Shown: positions 12,896 to 24,733 of the stretch, in pieces
Numbering within the stretch: position 1 is the first letter of the stretch
How the letters are laid out: each line of letters begins with the position of its first letter
Assembly: GCF_006345805.1 (NCBI RefSeq)
Contig: NC_043000.1
Span: 153,016,001-153,080,000 of the forward strand
Direction of reading: 5' to 3'
DNA from: Octopus sinensis
Lineage: Eukaryota
DNA: 64,000 bases
Program-made: the position numbers and the translations under genes
The notes under the pieces: model-generated
The model's database searches: none
Told to the model about the DNA's origin: nothing
What the model saw: only the letters and a program-made list of their open reading frames with translations

Positions 12896-13078
12896 ATGTT
12901 ATTTATTTAAAAATAGCAACTTATTTCACAAAGTTGGATAACTGAAAAATATTAGCTGAAATTGCATAAAAAATATTTGTGGTAACAACAGCAAGAGCTA
13001 TGTGGCTGCTTAAATATTTTTTTGTCAAATAACTCACCCGCACACATGCATGTGTACATGAATGCACACACACACACA

Positions 13079-13121
<43 letters not shown>

Positions 13122-13122
13122 G

Positions 13123-13325
13123 TTTCTTTACTGCCCACAAGGGGCTAAACATAGAGGGGAAAAAACAAGGACAGACAAAGGGATTAAGTCGATTACATCG
13201 ACACCAGTGCGAAATTGGTACTTTATTTATCGACCCTGAAAGGATGAAAGGTAAAGTCGACCTCGGCGGAATTTGAACTCAGAATGCAGTGGCAGATGAA
13301 ATACTGCTAAGCATTTCGCCCGGCG
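13123..13325 (-). mobile_element. tRNA-derived SINE family B, 5'-truncated
   Basis: Reverse complement of GAGTTCAAATTCCGCCGAGGTCGACTTTGCCTTTCATCC...TTTAGCCCCTTGTGGG as in 23987-24219. Confidence 0.85.
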
Positions 13326-13370
<45 letters not shown>

Positions 13371-13809
13371 ACACACCCACTGAATCTGATTTAAGCAATT
13401 AAACATAAGGAATATAATCTTAATTTTAATAATAATGATGATGATGATGATGATGGAGTAGGAGGTGGGGAACGTTGTTAAATGCCCCATGGCTATGTAT
13501 ATATTTCAATATTTTTCCTGTTTCCTACTTGATTGATTAGAGCAGAAGTGTTACACTTAGGTGCCCTTCTCGTCTTTGTTCGCACTCACATGTGTTGCGT
13601 GGGTGTCTCCCCATTAGCAATCAATTGCAGCTGAATTGCACACATGGTCCCCTCCGATAAATGCTTGGTATGCAACAAGCTTGCATTTGTTATGTTTTCC
13701 CCCTCTCACAAATGACAATCTATCCACATTGCTGTACATATGGTTATTTTTTCAACCATATCTCTCTCTTGCCAAATAGTTTCTCAGTACATGAAAGAAA
13801 AGCACAAAA

Positions 13810-13840
<31 letters not shown>

Positions 13841-14549
13841 TAAGTAAATAAATAAATAAATAAATAAATACAACACAAAGAAACAAATAAAACATAACTG
13901 TATATTTATTAAATATGATATTGGAATATGTTTCTGCTGAGATTTCTTGTCTGGGACTAGAATTTGACTTGTAGTTTTTGTTGTTGTTTGTTTTATTTAT
14001 TTATTTTTTTCTTAATGTATGACTGAAATATTGCAATGATATAACTTTTGGACAAGCTGCTCTAGCCTGCTGCTCACTATTATTTCCTTTTAATGCCTCA
14101 CCACCAATCTCTGATAATGTTTTGATTGATGATTTCTGAAGCTATGCCTGCAGTTTACCAATGATGTTTTTAGAGGCTTTCAGTTGACGGGGTCATTAGG
14201 CTCTGGCCAAAAAACTGTAAAGGTCATTGTTTGTCATATTGTGTCATCTAAACTGTACTGTATCCTTTGTGCCTCACTGTGCCTTGTTTGCACTCCACAA
14301 CTCTTGCTGGTCTGCCCTCCTGCCTGTTGAACCAATCTGGTGGTTTTCTTCAAACAGTCCACCAGGCACCGTCTTCACATGCATAGGTAGACAAGTCCTA
14401 GCTCACCAGCGGTTTGGAAGTGTCAGCTTCCCTCATCATGGTTTAGCTGGTCTGTGGATGCTGTAGCTGGGGTGTGGCTGCTGTTGCATGCAGACAACTT
14501 TGAGGAGCCTGAGGTGAGAGCTGGATGTCATGAGTCCTAGAGTGGACAA

Positions 14550-14990
14550 ACTACTTCAAAGAGCACTACATGTTACCTTATCAGAGGTACTAACCCACCA
14601 AGACACCCCATGCACATAAACACTGCTGAAGAAGGTGCAAGTCACGAGGGCAGGCCACATTGTTTGAATGCCTGACTCGTCACTCCTTTAGAGACTGTCT
14701 TACAGTGAAGTGGCAGAAGGCAAGTGCATGCAAAATGGACAGAAAAATATGCTTTAAGGACATACTCAAATCTTCACTGAGAAGCTTTGAGATCAACCCC
14801 CAACACTTGGGAAACACAAGCACAAGACTGCCCTTCCTGACAAAGCTGTGCTGACAGAGGTACCACCTCCTGTGAACAAAACAGGGTTGCTAGGGCTCAA
14901 AGAAAATGTGAACTATACAAGCCCAGAGCTGACTTCTTGCCTTCAGTCCCAACAGACCACCAGTGACTGAGCATGCATCAGACTGGTTAG
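14550..14990 (+). mobile_element. Decayed RTE-type LINE C-terminal fragment (different family from 660-5760)
   Basis: KICFKDILKSSLRSFEINPQHLG resembles the RTE C-terminal K.R.KD.LK.SL..F.INP..WE motif; stops and frameshifts. Confidence 0.5.
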
Positions 14991-15087
14991 CCACTGTTGG
15001 ACACACTGTGCCCTGTCTTCTTCACCCATGTGTTGTCCTTGGTTATTGTTGACAAAAACAAATGAACTAGTCTCTTCTACTATAGAG

Positions 15088-15262
15088 GGGGATAGTTGAT
15101 TACATTGATCCCAGTGCATAACTGGTACTTATTTCATCAACCCCAAAAAGATGAAAGGCAAAGTCGACCTTGACGGAATTTGAACTCAAAATGTGAAGAC
15201 ACAGGAAATACTGCTAAGCATTTCGCCTGGCTTTCTAATGATTTTGCCAGGTTGCCACCCTA
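15088..15262 (-). mobile_element. Diverged SINE family B
   Basis: GATGAAAGGCAAAGTCGACCTTGACGGAATTTGAACTC matches family B reverse complement. Confidence 0.7.
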
Positions 15263-15407
15263 ATGAATGAACTAATAATAACTGTATCCTAGGCAAAGAT
15301 GCTTAACCCCCAGTGGGCCAATCTACCCAGCTATGGGTAGATACTGTGGGATGGTATAATTCATTGTTGTAGCAGTGCAGGATTTAAACCTTTCAAATTA
15401 CAAAACT

Positions 15408-15460
<53 letters not shown>

Positions 15461-15748
15461 TTAGCGTCCGCTTTCCATGCTAGCATGGGTTGGATGGTTC
15501 AACTGGGGTCTGTGAAGCCAGAAGGCTGCACCAGGCTCTGTCTGATCTGGCAGTGTTTCTATGGCTGGATGCCCTTCCTAACGCCAACCACTCCATGAGT
15601 GTAGTGGGTGCTTTTTACGTGCCACCCACACAGGTGCCAGACGGAGCTGGCAAACGGCCACAGACGGATGGTGCTTTTTACATGTCACCGGCATGGGGGC
15701 CAGGTGAGGCTGGCAACGGCCACGATCGGATGGTGCTTTTTACGTGCC
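15408..15748 (-). mobile_element. Truncated RTE 3'-end copy with long (GAT)n tail
   Basis: About 17 CAT units then TTAGCGTCCGCTTTCCATGCTAGCATGGG; three GTGCTTTTTACGTG subunits. Confidence 0.85.
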
Positions 15749-15937
15749 ATAGACTATTATTGTATTTAACCCCTTTGTTTATTATATTTCTTAGAAAATA
15801 CACTGCCTTTGTATCAGTTAATTATGAAAATAATGAAGAATCTTTAGTTTGGATGAAAGAAAAAAATTATCTGTCTTTTCATCTCACTTTTTGTGGGGAG
15901 AAACATTGTCAGGTTGTTATTTGTATCTTTGCATATT

Positions 15938-16349
15938 TACTTACTTTTACTTTTACTAGTTTCAGTCATTTGACTGCGGCCATGCTGGAGCACCGCCTTT
16001 AGTTGAGCAAATCGACCCCGGGACTTATTTCTTTGTAAACCCAGTACTTATTCTATCGGTCTCTATTGCTGAACCGCTAAGTGACGGGGACCTAAACACA
16101 CCAGCATCAGTTGTCAAGCAATGCTAGGGGGACAAACACAGATACACAAACATATACACACACATACATATATATATATACATATATACGACAGGCTTCT
16201 TTCAGTTTCCGTCTACCAAATCCACTCACAAGGCATTGGTCAGCCTGAGGCTATAGCAGAAGACACTTGCCCAAGATGCCATGCAGTGGGACTGAACCCG
16301 GAATCATGTGGTTGGTAAGCAAGCTACTTACCACACAGCCACTCCTGCG
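15938..16349 (-). mobile_element. SINE family A
   Basis: Full-length reverse-complement match. Confidence 0.9.
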
Positions 16350-16958
16350 TTTCAGTCTTTGGATTTTAGAAAGGAAGAAAATTACTTGAAATAAAACTTT
16401 CTTTTGCTGTTTTTAGCTATGTGTAAAAGAAAGTAATAATTTTGAAATATGTTGCTTGTCAAGGAAGCGAGAAAAGATAAAGTGAGAAAAAAAAAAGAAG
16501 AAAAAGACAAGGTTGCCAGATCAGATTTTAAGGAAATTGGTTGTCATGGGTGAAATGATGAAAGATGGAGATGGATGGGAAGTGGCAGTTTTGCATATTC
16601 ATTTAAACTGGCTTTGAGAAAAATAGGTACTAATTAAGCTCTCTGATGGGAAGTGGTATATAATTTATTATTTAACCACCAGACACCCAATCTGGATTGT
16701 CACTTTCAAGAAAAATATTAGTCATCTTTCATGTTTTTATTGATGTTGTTCTTGCTATTTAGGTTGCATAACTGCAAAATTTGTTCAAGTTATGGTATGG
16801 TGGTAACTGATTAACTTTTTAGGAGAATATATGTAGCCATAGTAACTAAAATAGGAGTTTAAAACAAAAGAGTAATGGTAAAAATTAGTCCAGCACAGGA
16901 ATCATTGCAGGGCTTAGAATTTCACCTTAAAACCATGTGATTCTGGGTTTGCTCTTAC

Positions 16959-17177
16959 TACTCTTTTACTCTTTTACTCTTTTACTTGTTTCAGTCATTT
17001 GACTGCGGCCATGCTGGAGCACCGCCTTTAGTCGAGCAAATCCACCCCGGGACTTATTCTTTGTAAGCCCAGTACTTATTCTATCGGTCTCTTTTGCCGA
17101 ACCGCTAAGTAACGAGGACGTAAACACACCAGCATCGGTTGTCAAGCAATGCTAGGGGGACAAACACAGACACACAA

Positions 17178-17220
<43 letters not shown>

Positions 17221-17376
17221 ACAGGCTTCTTTCAGTTTACCAAATCCACTCACAAGGCATTGGTCGGCCCGGGGCTATAGCAGAAGACACTTGCCCAAAG
17301 TGCCACGCAGTGGGACTGAACCCGGAACCATGTGGTTGGTTAGCAAGCTACTTACCACACAGCCACTCCTGCACCT
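16959..17376 (-). mobile_element. SINE family A
   Basis: Full-length reverse-complement match. Confidence 0.9.
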
Positions 17377-18168
17377 GTATACTACTGTATACTATCTTGT
17401 GCATTTGTCAACTACCAGATCCTTAGTTTGACCAATATCTTGTGAGAAGAATTTGGTAGATAGAAATTGTGTAGAAACATAGTGTGATTGTATATCATCA
17501 TTAATGTCTATTTTCCATGATGACATGGATCAGATGGTTTGACAAGATCTGATGGGGCCAAGGGCTGCACAGTACTCCAGTGTCTGCTTTGGCATGGTTT
17601 CTATGGCTGGATATCCTCCTTAATGCCAACCATTCTTCTGTATGTATTGGATGTGTTTTTCATACCTCTGGTACTATTGAGATTGCCATGCAACTTGTTA
17701 AATTATTAACCCTGAGGGAGTGGGCTCAGTTTTCTACTTGGGTGTGAGGTGTTAAAGTATGTAAAGTGGGGTTACAAGAAAACCAGTGTTACACTGCTCT
17801 CATTTATTTAAAAAGTGTTAACTTGGCCTTTCAATAAAATAAGGAATGTTAAAGTTGGTACCAGACTGAAATAACATATGGTTTTTTTCTTCTTTTTATG
17901 AATTTGAAAATAATTTGTAGGGTCATGTTTGAGAATGTTCAGCATCACAGATGAGATGATACAAGATTTTAAAGAGTTGAAGAGATTTTGTATTGCAGGC
18001 TTCCATCCAATGTTATCTTTGTGAAACAGACTTTTAAACAATTATGTTGATGAGAATTATAACACATACAAACACATTTTCACATTGTTTATTAATGTTT
18101 GCTTTTCAATTGTATTGTTCTTGTAGAAAGTCCCTTCATATCTAATTTTGTCTGCATTCCCATTATAG

Positions 18169-18256
18169 TCCTGACACACTGTTTACCAAGTTATCCATTG
18201 CTATTTCTGAAGCAGATGTTGTTGTGACGTCTGGTGGTGTGTCTATGGGAGAAAAG
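18169..18256 (+). CDS. GPHN: Gephyrin internal exon (-PDTLFTKLSIAISEADVVVTSGGVSMGEK)
   Basis: CCCATTATAG acceptor, GTGAGT donor; MoeA/gephyrin signature TSGGVSMGEK; 88 nt, phase 2 to 0, in frame with 9879-10000. Confidence 0.95.
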
Positions 18257-18667
18257 GTGAGTGACTTCTGGTTTCCGGTTGATTATATTTATATATTTAT
18301 TGTGGGGGAAGGAAGAATTTCATGGAGGAATTCCTATTAAGCCTTTGTAACTAAGTTAAAAATGTCAGTAAAATGTCACTTGTTAGGTGTTGTGCTTATA
18401 TTATTAAGAAAGCAAAGAAACTGTGTTATTGACATTACACTCCTTTGGCTCTCGGCAATCTATGTACTTTGCACATCTTCTGTATATATAAAGGTGATGT
18501 GGTCTGAGAATTGTGGAAATGCAATTTCTATGTGTTCGTGTATATGTGTGTGAGAAAGAGGAGAGTGTGGGTGATTTCATTGGAGGTCCTCTGCATGTTA
18601 TAAACATAACTTCTAAATCTGAACTTGGAAGTCTTACAATGTAGCTATTATATGTATAAAGTATAAT

Positions 18668-19080
18668 AGGCGCAGGAGTGGCTGTGTGGTAAGTAGCTTG
18701 TTTACCAAACCACATTGTTCAGGATTCAGTCCCACTGCATGGCACCTTGGGCAAGTGTCTTCTACTATAGCCTCGGTCCGACCAAAGCCTTGTGAGCAGA
18801 TTTGGTAGACGGAAACTGAAAGAAGCCCGTCGTATATATGTATATATATATATATATGTGTGTATGTGTTTGTGTTTGTCCCCCTAGCATTGCTTGGCAA
18901 CCAATGCTGGTGTGTTTATGTCCCCGTTACTTAGCAGTTCAGCAAAAGAGACCGATAGAATAAGTACTGGGTTTATAAAAGAATAAGTCCTGGGGTCGAG
19001 TTGCTCGATTAAAAAAAAAAAAAGGCGGTGCTCCAGCATGGCCACAGTCAAATGACTGAAACAAGTAAAAAGAGTAAAGA
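18668..19080 (+). mobile_element. SINE family A
   Basis: Full-length match. Confidence 0.9.
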
Positions 19081-19821
19081 GATCACATCAAAAACAATTT
19101 CTTTTATATAATGCTATATCTAGATATCATTGCATTTAAGTTGTTGTGGTCACCATATTTTATTTCTTATCTCTACTGTACCTGCATGGTTCTCTTACAG
19201 TCTCACAGTGTAGCACCTTAGGCAAGGTCTTCTACTATAACCTTGGTCTGTTCCAAATTTTGTGAGTGAAACTAGGTAGACTGAAAATATGTCCATTGAA
19301 TGGAATGTACCTCTTCTTGATGTACCCAGTTTAATACCACCTCGTAGCTCTTGGGTACATTTAGTTGGATCCACTTCATTACATTTGGATCAAGTTTCTG
19401 GTTTGAAGATAATCTAAGAATTCATGATCTCTGCTTGAATTTTCCTCACCACTCTCAGAGACCAGAAAAACGGTTACGGGCACCATTTGCTTTTACCTTC
19501 TGACTAAGCCATAAAAAAAAAAAATCCCATTCTAAACATTTCAGACACTTCCTTGTTCCTCAAAATATATCTCACTGAAGTTACCAACTGCCTCTATTAT
19601 TCATTATCCTTTTTTTTTGTTTTTATTTGATGCAAGCGAGCTAGGAGGTGGTTTGAGGGAGATTTCACTGTTGATTTGTAGCTTATCAAGCTATGACATA
19701 GAGACTCGCATGTTGATTTGTTGTAAAATGTTCACCATTGGTCAATTATCAACTATTTCAAAACAATTACTGAGGTCATTTGAGATAACCATTTTGTATT
19801 CTTTCTTTTACTTTATCTCAG

Positions 19822-19895
19822 GATTTATTGAAACAAGTTCTTGAAGAGGATTTGGAGGCTGTAATTCATTTTGGAAGGGTTTTCATGAAGCCTGG
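19822..19895 (+). CDS. GPHN: Gephyrin internal exon ([25 protein letters not shown])
   Basis: CTTTATCTCAG acceptor, GTAAAT donor; signature [11 protein letters not shown]; 74 nt. Confidence 0.95.
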
Positions 19896-20367
19896 GTAAA
19901 TACATTCTTTTTATTTGTTTAATTAGAGTGTGTCAGAGTGTTTTTCCATACAGCTATAAGGAAGACCATATTGTTAGCATTTGTGTCATGAATGAAGCAA
20001 AAAGAAGTCCGAAACTTAGTGCTATCAGCTGTCAAAACACTTGATAACTTTTACAGTGTAGTTCTGCTGTTTCAACTTGTGATACCTATGTATAGCTAGA
20101 TGCAGTGGGCTGTTGAAAGCTGGTACTTTCTTGGTTAAAGCTCAGTGCATGTGAAATACTATCCACTGCCCACTCATACCAGCATACCATGATTTTAATA
20201 TTTTGGGTATCTTATAGGCAGAATGAAGTCTGACATGGATGAAATTGAAAGAAATTCACATGGATGAAATTCCAACAATTTGCAAAATTGTTTACTACAA
20301 GTTTTTGTACATGACACAATGAGGTTATTTTGTGGAAAATGTGAGGTAAAGAAAGTGAATGCATTAA

Positions 20368-20588
20368 CCCTTTAGTGTTCAAATTTCTCTATTAAATGTA
20401 ATACTTTTTCACTCAAATTGTTTTGAATTAATCCTCCATTACTTTATAGCTTTGAGGTTTCAATGATGTGATTGTTTATTTTTAGAATGTCAATGTAGGT
20501 TAGGTGTGAGAGGCTAGATATGGCCAGTTTGAATATAAAATATGTAGAATATATTGGGCCAGATTTGGCCAGTTTAAACACTAAAGGG
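20368..20588. mobile_element. piggyBac-type MITE
   Basis: TIR CCCTTTAGTGTT(C/T)AAA at both ends, flanked by TTAA at 20364-20367 and 20589-20592. Confidence 0.75.
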
Positions 20589-20784
20589 TTAAATGACTTT
20601 AAACGAGGCTGGTATAGAGGATCAACTCTGGTGCAAGCCAGAATACATCCCACTCCCTCTAGATGTATATCAACATAGGTTTGCATAGAAATCATTATAC
20701 TCTTCAATTTTGTTTTGCTTCTCCATTGATAATCATCTTCGAGATGATGTTCCTTATTTTCTTTATACTTTTTTTCTTTTGTAG

Positions 20785-20953
20785 GAAGCCCACAACTTTT
20801 GCAACCATCGACACAAAACATGGCCGGAAGTTAGTGTTTGGTCTTCCTGGGAACCCAGTCTCTGCAGTAGTCACATGCAACCTCTTTGTTATTCCAGCCA
20901 TCTATCACATGTCTGGTTGTCCAACACCTCGGAGAACAGTTGTAAAAGCTAAA
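20785..20953 (+). CDS. GPHN: Gephyrin internal exon ([56 protein letters not shown])
   Basis: TTTTCTTTTGTAG acceptor, GTAAGG donor; signature [16 protein letters not shown]; 169 nt, frame consistent. Confidence 0.96.
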
Positions 20954-21441
20954 GTAAGGCCTGACATTAGTTTTTATTTCTTCTTTTCAGGACAGTTCAG
21001 TTTGTGCAACAGTTGGGAGCTAGACTAGAAGCAGTATATTTTTTCTTTATGTTTCTTGATTAATCATCATCATCATCGTTTAACGTCTGTTTTCCATAAT
21101 ATCTTTAAAATCTGCTGTTAGAATATTGTAGTTACCATTTATGTACAGGACATCTTTGAAGGATGTTATTTTAATCATTCAATATAAATATAAACAATAA
21201 CTGTACAAATTGGGTCATAAGTTGAGTGCATGCTTACATGCTTAGTGTAGTGAACCAAAAGAAATTTTACACCTGTACTGAGAAGTAAAACCCATTATTG
21301 TTAATTACAGTTCTTGTCAAATAAAACAAGGCAGAGAACTCCAAAACTTAAATAGATTAAAAATTTAATGAAAACATGCTGCAGATTATTTACTGCTACA
21401 ATGAAGTTTATTTTTAACATTTTGGAATTGTTCTTGTACAC

Positions 21442-21866
21442 AGGCACAGCTGTTGCTGTGTGGTAAGAAGTTTGATTCCCAACCACATGGCTTTGGGCTC
21501 TATCTCACTGTGCGGTACCCAAGGCAAGTGTTTTGTACTAGAGCCCCAGGCTGATCAATGCCTTGCAAGCAGATTTGTTTGACAGAAACTGAAAGAAGCT
21601 TGTCATGTATATATATGTGTGTGTGTGTGTCTCTCCTTGTCTTGATATTGCATGATTGTTATAAAAATTGTCGCAGCAGTGATGTCATTCCTTTCTAAAT
21701 CTTCTTTTAAAACATGCCGGGGTCATGATGGTAAAATATTATCATACTTGGAAACAGGCGAGGGTTAGTGACAAGTGAGGCATCTAGCCATAGAAAATTC
21801 ATCTCAGCAAATTTCATCTGACCCATGGTGAGCATGGAAAAGTGGACATTCAATGATGATGATGAT
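21442..21866 (+). mobile_element. Diverged SINE with family-A head and RTE-type (GAT)n tail
   Basis: 5' 190 nt match family A; 3' end GACCCATGGTGAGCATGGAAAAGTGGACATTCAATGATGATGATGATG resembles the RTE 3' terminus. Confidence 0.65.
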
Positions 21867-22656
21867 GGTCTTCTTCAATATGGTCAAAATTTGTAATCCA
21901 TAAACCCTTTTGACTCATATACACAAAATTAACTCACATCTGAGAAAAGCCGCATGGTTAAAAAGCATATTTCACAAGCATGTGGCTCCAGGCTTGATCC
22001 CTTTCCTCTAGTACCATGGGCAAGTATCTTCTGTTGTAGCCTAGGGTTGGTCAGTTACTTTGTAGTGAAACTTCAGAGACAAACTTTAGAAAAGTTCTTT
22101 ACTAAGGTATTGGATAAAATGTCTTGTGGTATTTCTTCTGCTTCGCTGCACTCCAAGATCAAATCTTGCTGAAATCAACCTTTTGAGATCAATAAAAATT
22201 TTCTAATGGAAAATGGTAATGGTGGAACTGTTAGAGTGTTGGGTTGGATACCTTGCAATATCTATTCTAGCTTTCTATGTTTTGACTGCAATGACACTGG
22301 TGCCAAGCTATATTGGCTTTCACTTTCTTTGGACATCATCAGTGGGGAAAGGAGCTTAGCATGCAAAGTCAGCTATTAGTCTTCACAAAAAAAAAAATCC
22401 TTTCCCAGGCCTATTCATTGAGGAGGAACTTTCTAGGTGCATAATCTCATAGTTAACCATGAAGGAAGAGCAATACACTCACACACACTACTGGCACTCT
22501 ATCACTTATGGCAACGAGGGTTCCTGTTGATTTGATCAACAAAACAGTCTACTCATGAAATTAACATATCTTGCTCAAGGACATGCGTTGCTGGAAATTG
22601 AACTCATGATCTTACAATTGTGAGCTAAATACCCTAACCACTGAGTCACACACGTT

Positions 22657-23070
22657 CATCAGCATCGTTATCATTGTTTAACGTCTGCTTTCTATGCTAG
22701 CATGGGTTGGACGATTTGACTGAGGACTGGCGATCCAGATGGCTGCACCAGTCTCCAATCTGATCTGGCAGAGTTTCTAAAGAGCTGGATGCCCTTCCTA
22801 ACGCCAACCACTTCAAGAGTGTAGTGGGTGCTTTTATATGCTACGCTCAAGTGGTGTTTTTTACGTGCCACCTGCACAGGAGCCAGTCCAGCAGCACTGG
22901 CAACGACCTTGCTCGAATGTTTTTCACATGCCACCGGCACAAGTGCCAGTAAGGCGACACTGGTAACAATCACGTTTGAATGGTGCTTTTTTACGTGCCA
23001 CCAGCACTGGAGCCAGTCAGCTGCTCTGGCAGCGATCATGCTCAGATGGTGCTCTTAGCGCTCCACTGGC
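22657..23070 (-). mobile_element. Truncated RTE 3'-end copy
   Basis: Close match to 12548-12895, with four GTGCTTTTTTACGTGCCACC-type subunits. Confidence 0.8.
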
Positions 23071-23312
23071 ATCAGCTCCTTTTATACTCATGAAGATCTT
23101 TTATTGAAGATCTATGTTTTACATAGATCTTCAATAAATGTTGATATGGTCAACTAAAATTCTTGATGCTGATGCCCCAGTATGGCCATAGTTTGAGACC
23201 AGAATACAGGTAATATGTCTTGACAATGAATTATCTTCTATGATGCAACATGTCCCATTGATTACTGGTACTTACTATACTAAATTTTACTCTATTTACT
23301 CTTCACTTTCAG

Positions 23313-23567
23313 GTGGACCGGAATATCAAGTTGGATCCCCGACCCGAATTTCATCGAGTGGTGCTGTCATGGGGACCTGGCGGAGTTGGGGATGATGATG
23401 GGTTACCTACTGCTTCCAGCACAGGCAACCAGCAGAGCAGTCGGTTGCTCAGCATGCAGTGTGCTAATGCCCTCTTGGCACTGCCGCCACATGCTGATGG
23501 CAGGTCTCTGGTCACAGAAGGAGAAGTCCTTGATGCAATTCTCATTGGAAATATTAGCTCAATGTAA
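23313..23567 (+). CDS. GPHN: Gephyrin terminal coding exon (VDRNIKLDPRPEFHRVVLSW...STGNQQSSRLLSMQCANALLALPP...GEVLDAILIGNISSM*)
   Basis: CTTCACTTTCAG acceptor; KLDPRPE.HR, STGNQ.SSRL.SM..AN.LL.LPP and GEV.D motifs of the gephyrin C-terminus; TAA at 23565-23567. Confidence 0.96.
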   Translation: MDRNIKLDPRPEFHRVVLSWGPGGVGDDDGLPTASSTGNQQSSRLLSMQCANALLALPPHADGRSLVTEGEVLDAILIGNISSM

Positions 23568-23986
23568 CAACATGACTTTCTCTCTTCCAAAATTCTCTCT
23601 TTCTCTTTCCCTCTTTCTACCCTTTTTTCTCTACTTCTTTTTGCTCCCTGCCCTCAATTTTTTTTGTTTTTATTGCTTTTTTTCCTGGTCTCCCATTATT
23701 TCTTCCTTTTCACTTTTTCTTTCTCCCCCCACTTCTTATTTCTCTTTTCTCACTGTATCCTTATCTCTCTCTCTCTTCTGTTTTCCTCTGTTATCCCTTG
23801 TTGACAATAATTATCTCTGTGTTTTGCATTGTGGAGTGGCAAAAATGATAATTCATCTTGCCAAATATCCTATTATTTTCATAGTTCAGTTCCACTGTGA
23901 TTGGGTTTTTTTTTCGTCCTCTTCTGGACTCAGTGAAATAAGTACCACTAATACACCCAAGATCCAGATAGTGTTACTTCACTATA

Positions 23987-24219
23987 AGGCGGCGAGCTGG
24001 CAGAAACGTTAGCACGCCGGGCGAAATGTGTAGCTGTATGTCGTCTGCCGTTACATTCTGAGTTCAAATTCCGCCGAGGTCGACTTTACCTTTCATCCTT
24101 TCAGGGTCGATAAATTAAGTACCAGTTACGCACTGGGGTCGATGTAATCGACTGAATTCCTTTGTTTGTCCTTGTTTGACCCCTCTATGTTTAGCCCCTT
24201 GTGGGTAATAAAGAAATAT
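23987..24219 (+). mobile_element. SINE family B, full length, with 19-bp TSD
   Basis: ATAGTGTTACTTCACTATA at 23968-23986 and 24220-24238; A box GAGCTGGCAGAAACG, B box GAGTTCAAATTCC. Confidence 0.92.
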
Positions 24220-24491
24220 ATAGTGTTACTTCACTATATATTTGTGCCAAATCAATATTATTTCAATGTATCAGCATGGCTCTTTTTCATTCTTCCACAA
24301 ACTTCTCAACTGATACTAATAGTGCAATGTAATCCTTCCCTGACTACCTCCAGCCCCCCTCTTCATCCCCTTCCTTATATTTCTTTTATCTCATATCATT
24401 TTCTTTCATTACCATTACTAGCTCATCATAATGCCATGTCTTTCACCCTGTGTCTCTGTTCTTCCCCTATGTCTGTCTCTCTTTCTCTCTC

Positions 24492-24527
<36 letters not shown>

Positions 24528-24624
24528 TAAAAATGGTAAGACAGCAAAAGAAAGGGACCTTGATATTATGTAAATAGAGGAATTTATCTGTAAATGTAAT
24601 ATGTGACAATTATTCGGTAGCCAT

Positions 24625-24685
24625 GATAAAACTCTGAGTTTCGGATGCTGAGGTGGAAATCCACGCCACCATCTCTTCAGTTATC
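24625..24685 (-). ncRNA. Type I hammerhead ribozyme motif (left arm)
   Basis: GAUAA-CUGAAGA-GAUG...CAUC-C-GAAA-CUCAGAG-UU/UUAUC: 5-bp helix I, near-palindromic helix III ACUC-A-GAGU, GUU site. Confidence 0.7.
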
Positions 24686-24733
24686 CAACCATCGGAAAAA
24701 TGCTATAATGGGATAGCATTTTTTCGATGGCTG

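Noticed and set aside
13313-13329. Palindrome ATTTCGCC-C-GGCGAAAT at a SINE 5' truncation
   Set aside because: All but four bases are native SINE sequence; too little to claim an inversion mechanism.
20663-21028. 121-aa ORF as a stand-alone gene
   Set aside because: Only 20785-20953 is gephyrin exon; the rest is intron read-through.
22302-22347. Minus-strand CUGAUGA...GAAA-GC..GC-UU hammerhead-like string
   Set aside because: Helix I and helix II do not pair convincingly.
23386-24012. 208-aa ORF overlapping the last gephyrin exon
   Set aside because: Alternate frame running into pyrimidine-rich 3' sequence that lacks stops by composition.
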